From Ignisphaera sp. (GTDB taxonomy: Archaea > Thermoproteota > Thermoprotei_A > Sulfolobales > Ignisphaeraceae): a DNA stretch of 64,000 nucleotides. The stretch spans positions 26,182 to 90,181 of the forward strand of contig JAWBDT010000005.1 of assembly GCA_038821645.1 (NCBI GenBank), written 5' to 3'. Under the pieces are notes generated by a model. The model was given only the letters and a program-made list of their open reading frames with translations. It did no database searches and had not been told where the DNA came from. How positions within the stretch are numbered: the first letter of the stretch is position 1; every line of letters begins with the position of its first letter. The position numbers were made by a program, and so were the translations under genes. Shown piece by piece: positions 10,473 to 20,185 of the stretch.

Positions 10473-10617
10473 TTATCTACAAAATAATGATAAGATACAA
10501 AGAGAGTAACATGCTCTAGTTTGGGAAATGTAGCAATATTTACAGCATATCATACGGATTAATAATACTTATTATATCTTGTTTAGAAGTAGATATCGTA
10601 ACTTAGGTGAACTCACT

Positions 10618-11058
10618 ATGAGTTATGTCACGCGAAGCATCTCTGGTGAACTTTCACGTTTAATGGATAAAAAAGTTATAGTAAGACTGGTAGACGGAAA
10701 AGTCTATGTAGGTAAAATGCTATCCTTTGATCCTAACACGCTTCATATAGTATTAGGTGATGCAGAAAGTAATGATGGAAAGAAGTTTTACCGCATAATT
10801 ATTAGTGGAACAAGAGTTTCTGAGATTCTTATAGAAGAGCAGCCACTTTTTGATGCTGAAGAATTTGCCACGATTCTAACATCAAAATTGGGCCTCAGAC
10901 CTGATGTAATTAAGGTTCTACATGATGTTAATGTAGTAGTAGTGTACGACAGAATAAAGGTTAGTGAATCTGGTGTTGAAGGTGCTGGAAGTTTTGCCCA
11001 GAGAATATACGAAGTATATACAGAATATATAGAGAATAAAAAGAGAGGTGCAAAATAG
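10618..11058 (+). CDS. Sm-like archaeal protein with C-terminal extension (SmAP3-type Lsm)
   Basis: Sm1/Sm2 motifs (VIVRLVDGKVYVGKMLSFD...HIVLGDA...IIISG) plus about 60-aa extension; start ATG 10618 behind GGTGA. Confidence 0.88.
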   Translation: MSYVTRSISGELSRLMDKKVIVRLVDGKVYVGKMLSFDPNTLHIVLGDAESNDGKKFYRIIISGTRVSEILIEEQPLFDAEEFATILTSKLGLRPDVIKVLHDVNVVVVYDRIKVSESGVEGAGSFAQRIYEVYTEYIENKKRGAK

Positions 11059-12644
11059 ATTGTTTTGAGGTAAAGGATGTAGATCTAGCAGCTAGAATAG
11101 GTAAGATTAAGACAAAACGAGGTGTGATTGAGACACCATATATTTTTCCTGTTGTAGATCCAACATTAAAGAATCAATTCGTATCTCTTAATGATATTCG
11201 TAGGATTGGATTTAATGCTATTATAACTAATGCATACTTGCTTAAGAAGCGATTACAAAAAGTTGAAGATATTCATAGTGTTTTGAATTTTGATGGAGTA
11301 GTTATGACTGATTCTGGAGCTTATCAGCTACTTAGATATGGCAATATAGATATAACTAATGTTGAGATAGTTAATTATCAGTGCGAAATTGGTAGCGATA
11401 TAGGTGTAATACTCGATGTCCCTACACCTTATGATGCGCCATATGAAAAAGCATTAGAAAGTGCTGAAATAACGTTTCAGAGAGCTATTGAAGTACAAGA
11501 TATAATTGAAAAGTGTACAAATACACTCTGGACATTACCGATACAGGGAGGTACACATCTAGAGATTTTACAAAAATATGCTATAAAATCTGATAGCATA
11601 GTTGGATATGGATATAGTCTATTCGCATTAGGCAGCCCTACAACACTCCTAGAGAACTATATGTTTGATAAAGTTATAGAAATGATAGTTACAGTAAGAC
11701 TCAACATACGTCCTTCGTATCCTCTTCACCTTTTTGGTGCAGGTCATCCACTCATCATGCCTTTCGCAATAGCCTTGGGTGTAGATATTATGGATTCTGC
11801 AAGCTATATTCTATACGCTAAAGATGGACGTTACATGACTAGAAAAGGTACCTATGCTGTAAAAGAATTATCGTATTTTCCGTGCTCATGCCCTGTATGT
11901 TCTAAATATACGGTTGAGGAATTCAATAAACTACCTAAACAAGATAAATGGAAACTTTTAGCGTTACATAATCTCTATACATTGTTTAGAGAATTAAATG
12001 AGATAAAAGAATGCATTAAAGAGGGAAGACTTTGGGAATATTTAGAAGAAAAAGCAAGATCTCATCCAGCAGCTAAGAGAGCATTTGAAACAATTAAAAA
12101 GAATCTAGAGTACATTTACAGAAGAACTCCACGTGAAAAGCCTAAGGGAAAAGCTCTCTTCATCTTATCTGAAGACTCTATATACAATCCCAAGTTAATG
12201 TTAGCAAGAAGAGATATTCTTTCCAGAATTTCAAGAATTCCAACAAAAAAGAAATGCATAATATTTGCACCATTAACAACCAAGTCATCGCCTAAAGGAT
12301 TATATAAAGCTACTACAAAAGAATGTCATCTTTATTTCTACTACCCGATACTGGGCCTAATCCCTTACACTTTGATCAATAGCTACCCCTTCTCACAATT
12401 TGAGGCATACAATGAGTTTTCATATAGTGTCATAAAAGATCTAGCTTACACATTTATAGAATATATAATGAATTTGTATAAAAACCTTACCCATATAGTT
12501 GAGGTAACGCTATACATACAAAACAACGTTGAATGGCAATATAGATTTGCGGAAACAGTTAAAGAATATCTACAAATATTAAATCAAAAAGGAATAGGAA
12601 TAAAGATAAAGATATTGAATCTAGGTAATAACCCGACATATTGA
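11055..12644 (+). CDS. tgtA: Archaeosine tRNA-guanine(15) transglycosylase, apparent ATA start
   Basis: MTDSGAYQ, HLFGAGHP, DSASY and CSCPVC motifs. The conserved N-terminus FEVKDVDLAARIGKIKT lies upstream of the ORF-track GTG (11124); the frame is closed by TAA at 11037, so start placed at ATA 11055. Confidence 0.93.
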   Translation: MDCFEVKDVDLAARIGKIKTKRGVIETPYIFPVVDPTLKNQFVSLNDIRRIGFNAIITNAYLLKKRLQKVEDIHSVLNFDGVVMTDSGAYQLLRYGNIDITNVEIVNYQCEIGSDIGVILDVPTPYDAPYEKALESAEITFQRAIEVQDIIEKCTNTLWTLPIQGGTHLEILQKYAIKSDSIVGYGYSLFALGSPTTLLENYMFDKVIEMIVTVRLNIRPSYPLHLFGAGHPLIMPFAIALGVDIMDSASYILYAKDGRYMTRKGTYAVKELSYFPCSCPVCSKYTVEEFNKLPKQDKWKLLALHNLYTLFRELNEIKECIKEGRLWEYLEEKARSHPAAKRAFETIKKNLEYIYRRTPREKPKGKALFILSEDSIYNPKLMLARRDILSRISRIPTKKKCIIFAPLTTKSSPKGLYKATTKECHLYFYYPILGLIPYTLINSYPFSQFEAYNEFSYSVIKDLAYTFIEYIMNLYKNLTHIVEVTLYIQNNVEWQYRFAETVKEYLQILNQKGIGIKIKILNLGNNPTY

Positions 12645-12800
12645 AAGTTTTATTCGATTTCGATCTATCATCATATAAACAAACCAGCTATAGTCTACTC
12701 TAGTTAAACTAGGCACCTATAACATCGCTATTCTATTTCATATTTAATTCAGTGAGAGATATTAAAGTTAAAATACTACAAAACAGAATACCAGTAGTAG

Positions 12801-12858
12801 ATGATGAAGAAGAGCCGATGTGATACCTAAAGGTTATGATCTTATTATCCTCAGCTGA
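12801..12858 (+). ncRNA. Box C/D guide sRNA candidate
   Basis: C ATGATGA (12801), 12-nt guide AGAAGAGCCGAT, D' GTGA, C'-like ATGATCT, 12-nt guide TATTATCCTCAG, D CTGA (12855); intergenic. Confidence 0.6.
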
Positions 12859-13169
12859 TGTTGAATTATATATCAAATAAGTTATAGAGATAAATTGCTA
12901 ATCAGACCTATACTTCTGTATAGCGTGTAGGACAATACTGTTGTAAAACTATATGAACATAAGAAAATTCTATTAACTATAGTATCAGACATCATTTACA
13001 GAAATAAATTCATTCTACTTTACTTTATCATTCCTATGAATGATTATGTTTTGTTGATAAACTCTTGGTATACTTAACATGAATTAATCTGATTGTATTA
13101 GATACTGATGTATCAAGAAAATATTATGTAAGCTAAAGATAAAATCTGTTAGGTAATATCTTTTACTTA

Positions 13170-14054
13170 GTGACATATATGAAGATACTTATCACAGGGC
13201 TTATGGTTTATGACTCAGGTAAAACATGGTTTACTGTAACTTTAGCTAGAAAACTGATTAACAAAGGACTTAAAATATCTATATATAAGCCTGTTGCAGG
13301 TCATAGTTTATGGCACCAGTATCCAACTATAATTGAAAGTATCAAAAGAGGTATGCTTTTTGGAGAAGATATTCTTAAATATGGAGAAGTTTTAAATGTA
13401 AAGGACATTAAGCAACTCGCATTAATGAATCCCATAGATATCCTATTTGCACCTTTAGATATCGTTAAGTATATTGATGATAGAAATATAGAGAAAGCGT
13501 TTGTAGATCTCGAGAACCAGTTTCTACAGATGGTCTTAGCTAGAGTGAGCTTCTGTTCAGATAGTGTAACCAAATATTATGTATTTAGAGAGAATATATC
13601 TAGAACTACACATAGAGTAAGAGAGGTAATAGATTTGTTAGCAAGAAAGTTTAATGCTATAGAAACTGATGTTATGATTTTTAATAGATTGCTACAAAGC
13701 AAAGAAGTTGATGATCAACTTAGCACATGTTTAGAGATGTTAGCTAAGGATAATGATGTTGTTTTAATTGAATCATTTAATAATTCATTAATACCGTATA
13801 TAGGGTTAATCAAAGAAGAAATAGATATACTCTTTGTAGTGTATCCTAGCGTAGTGCTAATCTACAGGAGTAGCATTAAGGATTTAATGAGATTTGTGGC
13901 ACAAAATATCTATGTCTATGGTGATAAGACTCTTGTAACAGATGTATTAGTAAACAATTTTAGATATGATAGATACTACGTGCTTAAACCTAGGGTTTCA
14001 GTATATGACGATGATGAAATATTTGATGATATCCTTAAGCATATAGCTTTATAG
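13170..14054 (+). CDS. Predicted P-loop ATPase/GTPase (BioD/CobQ-like, archaeal)
   Basis: ILITGLMVYDSGKT, YKPVAGH, NPIDIL and VLIESFNN motifs. Confidence 0.75.
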   Translation: MTYMKILITGLMVYDSGKTWFTVTLARKLINKGLKISIYKPVAGHSLWHQYPTIIESIKRGMLFGEDILKYGEVLNVKDIKQLALMNPIDILFAPLDIVKYIDDRNIEKAFVDLENQFLQMVLARVSFCSDSVTKYYVFRENISRTTHRVREVIDLLARKFNAIETDVMIFNRLLQSKEVDDQLSTCLEMLAKDNDVVLIESFNNSLIPYIGLIKEEIDILFVVYPSVVLIYRSSIKDLMRFVAQNIYVYGDKTLVTDVLVNNFRYDRYYVLKPRVSVYDDDEIFDDILKHIAL

Positions 14055-14678
14055 TTTCTTTGATATATCCATCAATAGTTTCACAAATAATGTATTTAAT
14101 TGTACTATTGCTAAATCTTCAATTGTTTCTGCTATAGTTTCAGCTTCATATATGTTTGTACCCAATGACACAACACCGTGTTTCTTCAATATCAATGCGT
14201 TAACATTTTTTGAAACCTTTTCCGCTACATTTTTTGCCAGCTCTTCACTTCCTGGCTCAGCTTCAGCCACATATTCTATGCCTTTTATATAAAACTTTGA
14301 TTCTATCAATAAACTAGGATCTAGCTTTATATCTAGTAGATCTAATATCAATACATTTGGATTGTGTGTATGAACTACTGCTGCAATATCTGGTCTAGAT
14401 TTGTATATAGCTACATGAAATCTCCATTCACTAGAAGGTTTATGATGGCCCTCTATTATATTTCCATTCAAATCCATCTTAATCATATCATCAGTCTTTA
14501 TCTCAGCCTTATATATACTTGATGGAGTAATCCATATGTATTCTGTGCCAGGTACACGCACACTTATGTTGCCCGACAATGCCGATATAAGTCCCCTTCT
14601 GTATAGATTCCTCATAACGGTTACTATATCTTGTTTAATTAGATCATCTATATCATAGAGTTCATAGAGACTTACCAT
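14049..14678 (-). CDS. Class II aldolase/adducin family (FucA/MtnB-like)
   Basis: SGNISVR, ITPS, KPSSEWRFH, VVHTH, LKKHG. Confidence 0.9.
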   Translation of the reverse strand: MVSLYELYDIDDLIKQDIVTVMRNLYRRGLISALSGNISVRVPGTEYIWITPSSIYKAEIKTDDMIKMDLNGNIIEGHHKPSSEWRFHVAIYKSRPDIAAVVHTHNPNVLILDLLDIKLDPSLLIESKFYIKGIEYVAEAEPGSEELAKNVAEKVSKNVNALILKKHGVVSLGTNIYEAETIAETIEDLAIVQLNTLFVKLLMDISKKL

Positions 14679-14848
14679 TATAATTACCCTAGAGCATTTA
14701 TGTCTTGATTAATGAATCCAACTTATGCTTAGAGATAATATGTATTCATGAAGCTATAGATTAAAATTATTGACTATCAATATAAGAGTACTTAATAAAG
14801 CTAGAGATCATCTAGAGTTAATGTGAGATTACAGGAGAAGATACATAG

Positions 14849-16138
14849 ATGAATCATCAGTTTCAGAAGGTGATAAATAAATTGAGTTTAAATGTTGAAA
14901 AGATTAGAGAAGATTTCCCTATATTCAAGAATAATCCTGATTTGGTGTATCTAGATAATGCTGCTACTACTCATAAACCTATTCAGGTAATAGATGCTAT
15001 AAGAGAGTTCTATACAATGTATAATGCCAATATACATAGAGGTGTATACAGACTTAGTGTAAAGGCTACAGAACTTTATGAAGAAGCTCATGCAAAAATC
15101 GCAAAATTCATTAGTGCAAATAGTTGGGATGAAGTAATATTCACTAAAAACTCTACAGATGCTATAAACATGATAGCTTATGCCTTAGGTTTTACGTTCT
15201 TGGAACCTGGAGATGAGATAGTGATTACTATTATGGAGCATCATAGTAATATGCTTCCATGGATAAGGATAGCTGAAATGAGGAAAGCTATAGTAAAATT
15301 CGTAGAGGTGAATAGCAACGGTATCCTTAATTATGAGCAACTAGCTGAATTTATTAATAACAAGACTAAAATTGTAAGTGTGACACATGTCTCTAACGTA
15401 TTAGGTACTATTAATGATTTACAGAGAATATCAAAAATTGTTAGACAAAATTCAGAAGCAATACTTATTATTGATGGAGCTCAATCAGTTCCACATTTAC
15501 CTATAAACGTAAAAGAATTAGATATAGATTTCCTAGTTTTTAGTGGTCATAAAATGCTTGGACCTACTGGTATAGGGGTCTTATGGGGTAAGAAAGATCT
15601 ACTGGAAAAAATGTTACCAGCTATCTATGGAGGAGACATGGTAGAGAAAGTGGAAATAATTGTGAAAAATGGTACCATTGTGCATAAACAAATAGACTAT
15701 AACATATTACCATGGAAATTTGAGGCAGGAACACCAAATATTGCAGCAGGCATAGGTTTGGCCAAAGCTGTAGAATATCTCGAGAACATAGGGATGCAGA
15801 ACGTTGAGACACATGAAAAAGAGTTAACAAGATACACCATAAAACGCCTAAATGAAGAACTGGGAGATTGTATAGAAATCCTAGGTCCTCGAGACCCAAG
15901 TATTCGCGGAGGTATAGTTTCATTCACGATGAAGGGTCTAGATCCCCATGTAATTGCAACACTTCTGTCTATGAATAATGTAGCTATTAGAGCGGGATTT
16001 CATTGTGCTCAACCACTTCACACGTTCCTAGGTCTCTCAAAAGGAAGTGCCCGAGCTAGTTTCTACATATATAACGACTATAAAGATGTAGATGCATTTG
16101 TTAACGAACTTAAGAAGCTACAGAACCTAGTTAAGTAG
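14849..16138 (+). CDS. sufS: Cysteine desulfurase, SufS (group II) type
   Basis: YLDNAATTHKP, MEHHSN, DGAQS, FSGHKMLGPTG, FEAGTP, RAGFHCAQP. Confidence 0.95.
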   Translation: MNHQFQKVINKLSLNVEKIREDFPIFKNNPDLVYLDNAATTHKPIQVIDAIREFYTMYNANIHRGVYRLSVKATELYEEAHAKIAKFISANSWDEVIFTKNSTDAINMIAYALGFTFLEPGDEIVITIMEHHSNMLPWIRIAEMRKAIVKFVEVNSNGILNYEQLAEFINNKTKIVSVTHVSNVLGTINDLQRISKIVRQNSEAILIIDGAQSVPHLPINVKELDIDFLVFSGHKMLGPTGIGVLWGKKDLLEKMLPAIYGGDMVEKVEIIVKNGTIVHKQIDYNILPWKFEAGTPNIAAGIGLAKAVEYLENIGMQNVETHEKELTRYTIKRLNEELGDCIEILGPRDPSIRGGIVSFTMKGLDPHVIATLLSMNNVAIRAGFHCAQPLHTFLGLSKGSARASFYIYNDYKDVDAFVNELKKLQNLVK

Positions 16139-16190
16139 ATTAAAAAGTGATTATATGAACTAAATATTTAAACTAAATTAAACAAAAATA

Positions 16191-16445
16191 ATGTGGAACA
16201 GGTGTAGTATTATGACTGCAACAATAGATCTAACAAAAGAGGATGTATCTTGTGTTGAACACCCTATAGTAAAGCTTGTTAGAACGCTTAATGATCTTAA
16301 TGAAAGTGAGGTTATAGTGATCGTCAGCAAAGATGATATCCCATCCGGTAAAATACTTGAAATGATAGCTGATAAAATAGGATACAAAATCACCGAAATG
16401 ATTGAGAACGAGAAAACCATAAAAGCTAAGTTTACTAGGATTTAG
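16191..16445 (+). CDS. TusA/SirA-like small sulfur-carrier-fold protein
   Basis: About 75-84 aa; TIDLTKEDVSCVEHPIVKL resembles the TusA D-x-x-G-x-x-CP-x-P region; directly follows sufS. Confidence 0.55.
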   Translation: MWNRCSIMTATIDLTKEDVSCVEHPIVKLVRTLNDLNESEVIVIVSKDDIPSGKILEMIADKIGYKITEMIENEKTIKAKFTRI

Positions 16446-16798
16446 ATTAATACTATAACTAGACCTTAGTCACAATTTTAGATTATTCAAACTTAATATC
16501 ACCAAATCAACTACTAAAATATGTCTTATAAATATATAAGTAATGAAGCCTTACATTACTTAACATAATTTTGATGATTTTCCTCTCCAATTAAGTGGAG
16601 ACCTTGTTATATGTTCCATAGGCTTAGAGTTTGGTATATAATTCAATAAAATTTTGAACATATGTTTTAATTGTTACTCAAATTCTATATTAAGAATGTA
16701 ATTTTGGTAAGATAGTGAGATACGGATAAGTCAAAACATTATCTACCAACATGCATAACATAAACACTTTTATACTTTTGTATACATTTGTACCTTAA

Positions 16799-17398
16799 AT
16801 GTTATATACAGTATTGGGTGCTTTAATGCCTAGAAGAAGAATGGTGCCTATTTCTGAAGAAATAATAGATGAAGCAATAAAAATTGGAGAAAGAATAGGA
16901 ATACCATACTTGGTTCTTGTAGAGAAAATACTTTCATCAGTTCTTAGGATTATGCAGCATAAGGGTAATATTCTTGATGTACTATCTATGGTGGATGCAT
17001 TAGATGATATTAAAAGACTTGGAGGAATCCTATTTCCTGCTTCTATGGTTAATAGATCTCTAATAGACTTTAAGAATGAGTCGTTTCAATTACTATGTAA
17101 TGAATATATCAAAATGTGTACATGGTTTGGTGAACTAAGTAGAATTAAGAGATCTGCAACAGTAAATGAATTTAAATCGGTTCTAGCTTTATGGCTTCCT
17201 ATAGCATCAATAGATGTCTCACATAATAATAATGACTACAAATTTGTTATAGGATTTCTAGGGTATAGTCCAGAAGTAGTGAGTTTAGCACGATGTATAA
17301 TTGAAGGACTTATTAGAGGCTACAACTTAAATATGACAGAAATAATAGTTAAAGATTTCTTTATAGTCATTAAGGTGAGAGGCTTTGTCGAAGAGTAG
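16799..17398 (+). CDS. Hypothetical protein with N-terminal ribbon-helix-helix-like segment
   Basis: MPRRRMVPISEEIIDEAIKIGERIG pattern; overlaps the next gene; probable start is the later ATG (MPRRR). Confidence 0.6.
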   Translation: MLYTVLGALMPRRRMVPISEEIIDEAIKIGERIGIPYLVLVEKILSSVLRIMQHKGNILDVLSMVDALDDIKRLGGILFPASMVNRSLIDFKNESFQLLCNEYIKMCTWFGELSRIKRSATVNEFKSVLALWLPIASIDVSHNNNDYKFVIGFLGYSPEVVSLARCIIEGLIRGYNLNMTEIIVKDFFIVIKVRGFVEE

Positions 17399-17882
17399 AA
17401 GATGTATAGGTATCGACATAGAATTAGCTGAAGAACTAAAAAACATATCTAAATCTAGAGGCATGAGTATTGTTAACTATTTGCGTAAACTTCTAGAAGA
17501 ATTAATAGATTTAGAGAAACAAGGATATTATGTACCTGAGTTGCTTCATGAAAAAAAGATAGAGTTAGTGTTATCTAAACTAGGATTTGTTTATGTTCCT
17601 TCAGAAGTAGTATCAGAAACACTTAAACCTGAAGATGTTGAAACAATAGGAGAAAGGATTGGTAAAGCACTAATCGAACTTGACCTAAATATTGAGGAAA
17701 TTATAGAAAGAATAGCTGTAAAAAACGATATAGCTATTGTTCAACGTAATTCAATAATATTGATTCCAGCATCTGGTGTGAAAGAAATGATAAAATATAT
17801 TTTAATTGGTATAGCCAAAGCAGCAGGCATACCTATATCAACATCAGGTAATACTGTGATAATTAGAAGTAGACGATACTAG
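17385..17882 (+). CDS. Hypothetical protein with N-terminal RHH/CopG-like DNA-binding segment
   Basis: RRCIGIDIELAEELKNISKSRGMSIVNYLRKLLE is a typical RHH pattern. Confidence 0.65.
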   Translation: MSKSRRCIGIDIELAEELKNISKSRGMSIVNYLRKLLEELIDLEKQGYYVPELLHEKKIELVLSKLGFVYVPSEVVSETLKPEDVETIGERIGKALIELDLNIEEIIERIAVKNDIAIVQRNSIILIPASGVKEMIKYILIGIAKAAGIPISTSGNTVIIRSRRY

Positions 17883-17983
17883 AAGACAAATATTGTATCA
17901 CGATTTCTGAAGCTTATTAGGTAGACATCTTTATATGAATTTATAATCCTTTTCTCGCATATTTTTCCTAAAGGTGGTAATGT

Positions 17984-18790
17984 GTGATAGATCTACTTAC
18001 ATTGTTTATAATATTCTTAATAATCGTTATCATGACTCTAATAATGTCAAGGTACATCAGAATTGTTAAAGAATGGGAACGCTTTATAGTTCTTCGATTA
18101 GGCAGATATCAAGGTATTAAAGGGCCTGGACTTGTTTTCTTAGTTCCATTTATAGATAGAGGTATTATTGTTGATCTACGCATTACCACAGTTGATGTTC
18201 CTAAACAAGAGGTTATAACTAAGGACAACGTAACTGTGACTGTTGATGCTGTAGTTTACTATCGCATTATTGATCCTGAAAATGCTGTTCTAAAAATTAA
18301 GGATCCACATTATTCTGTAGCACTACTTACACAAACCACAATAAGAGATGTCATAGGTCAAGTAGATCTAGATACCTTACTCACTCAAAGAGAAGAAATA
18401 GGTAAAACCATACAATCTATTGTTGATAGAATTACAGAAGCTTGGGGTGTAAAGATATCACTACTAACACTAAAGGCTATAGAACTTCCTCAAGGTCTTA
18501 TAAGAGCTATGGCTAAGCAAGCAGAAGCAGAAAGACTTCGAAGAGCTAGAATTATCGAAGCAGAAGCAGAAAGAGAAGCTGCTAAGATATTATCTGAAGC
18601 AGCAATAGTGTATGAAACTCATCCAACGGCATTGAGGTTAAGAGAGCTTCAAACATATACAGATATAGCTAGAGAAAAGAATCTAATAATAATTACTGAA
18701 GCTTCGTCTAAGTCCGCATCAACTGCTGCTGCTATATCTACAGCATTATCTGGTAGATATCCTCCTCAGGTTGAGAAGGGTGAAGAATAA
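17984..18790 (+). CDS. Stomatin/SPFH (band 7) protein
   Basis: N-terminal TM, VDLRITTVDVPKQEVITKDNV, AMAKQAEAERLRRA, ALRLRELQT. Confidence 0.95.
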   Translation: MIDLLTLFIIFLIIVIMTLIMSRYIRIVKEWERFIVLRLGRYQGIKGPGLVFLVPFIDRGIIVDLRITTVDVPKQEVITKDNVTVTVDAVVYYRIIDPENAVLKIKDPHYSVALLTQTTIRDVIGQVDLDTLLTQREEIGKTIQSIVDRITEAWGVKISLLTLKAIELPQGLIRAMAKQAEAERLRRARIIEAEAEREAAKILSEAAIVYETHPTALRLRELQTYTDIAREKNLIIITEASSKSASTAAAISTALSGRYPPQVEKGEE

Positions 18791-20117
18791 TATTTATCCC
18801 ATTATTATATCTATAATGATAATATGCCTTGGTACACCATTTCTTACAGTAGTTGCTACAAGTAAGTCTAATTCTGATTATATTGTTGAAGAGGCATTTA
18901 TTATAAGGATAGAAGGTTATACCTCACTAATAGATACTCCTGTACAAGAATATGTAACTAACGCTCTCAATATTGCTAAGAACAGGAATAAACCTTTAAT
19001 AATATATATTGACACCTATGGAGGATATTTAGACCCCGCTCTCACGATATCGAAAAGTTTGCTCGAAGCTGAAGTACCTATAATAGTTTTTGTAAGAGAT
19101 AAAGCATATAGTGCAGGTGCATTAATATCAATAGCGGCACATGTTCTCGCTATGAGGCCTACGGCTGTCATAGGAGCGGCACAACCAATATCAATAAATC
19201 CCGTTACAGGAGAAATAATCTTTATAAACGAAAGTAAAATTTTGAATCCAATACTAAAAACTATGGAATTATGTGCTGAAGCAAGGAAAAGGAATATCAC
19301 AATTATTAAGCGTTTTGTCTATGAGAATCTTGTTTTATCTGGTAAAGAAGCTCTTCAATATAAAGTCATAGATTATGTTGCTAATAGCATTGAAGAACTT
19401 TTAACACATCTTCAAGGTATAGAGATCAACATCTCAGGCATTATTTGGAGACTATATATAAAGCGATATGAAGAGCTCCCTCCGAGTCTAGACATATATA
19501 CCAAGATATTCCTCAGAAATTCTCTTGTAAATTCATTATTACTTTTTATAGGCATCTTCGGAACACTAGGACTTCTATACACAGGACGTATAGATCTTCT
19601 ACCTATAACAATCATAGCGTTAATGTTAGCATTATTTGGAAGTGATATAGAGACTAGATCTATATCAATAACACTCATAGCTTTAGGATCTATATTACTA
19701 TCGATAGAATTATTCATAACGCCAGGATTTGGTGTATTAGGAGTTTCAGGTATAATTGCCATCGTTATAGGATTACTACTAACACCACTACCCTCAACTT
19801 TATATACAGTCAGTATTGTAACTCTTCGGAAAATAATAACAATTTTTGCAATAAGTTTTGGAACATTATTTACATTCATACTTTATAAAGCTATATTGGT
19901 TATGAAGAAGCCTAAAAGCATTAGATATACACCAGAAGATAAGGTAATCGGAAAAGCTATAGATAGGATAGAGCCTGGGGTAAAAGGATATGTATTAATT
20001 GATGGCGAATTATGGGAAGCAGAAAGCAATGAGGTGATAGAGTCTGGAGAAGAAGTAGAAGTAGTAGATAGGAAGGGATTTACTGTAAGGGTTAAGAAGA
20101 TTTCAAGAAATATGTGA
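18771..20117 (+). CDS. nfeD: NfeD long form / stomatin operon partner protein (ClpP-class membrane serine protease)
   Basis: IDTYGG, AYSAGALI, GAAQPI, TM block with TPGFGVLG, C-terminal OB fold GELWEAES. Confidence 0.92.
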   Translation: MRRVKNNIYPIIISIMIICLGTPFLTVVATSKSNSDYIVEEAFIIRIEGYTSLIDTPVQEYVTNALNIAKNRNKPLIIYIDTYGGYLDPALTISKSLLEAEVPIIVFVRDKAYSAGALISIAAHVLAMRPTAVIGAAQPISINPVTGEIIFINESKILNPILKTMELCAEARKRNITIIKRFVYENLVLSGKEALQYKVIDYVANSIEELLTHLQGIEINISGIIWRLYIKRYEELPPSLDIYTKIFLRNSLVNSLLLFIGIFGTLGLLYTGRIDLLPITIIALMLALFGSDIETRSISITLIALGSILLSIELFITPGFGVLGVSGIIAIVIGLLLTPLPSTLYTVSIVTLRKIITIFAISFGTLFTFILYKAILVMKKPKSIRYTPEDKVIGKAIDRIEPGVKGYVLIDGELWEAESNEVIESGEEVEVVDRKGFTVRVKKISRNM

Positions 20118-20185
20118 TGGTATTACTATATTTATAACCGTATGAAATCTACTTAGATATACATGAGCATAATAGATACAAATAT

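Noticed and set aside
16571-16626. TTGATGA followed by CCTTGTTA (antisense to the 16S 3' region)
   Set aside because: No CTGA-like D boxes; an 8-9 nt match is expected by chance.
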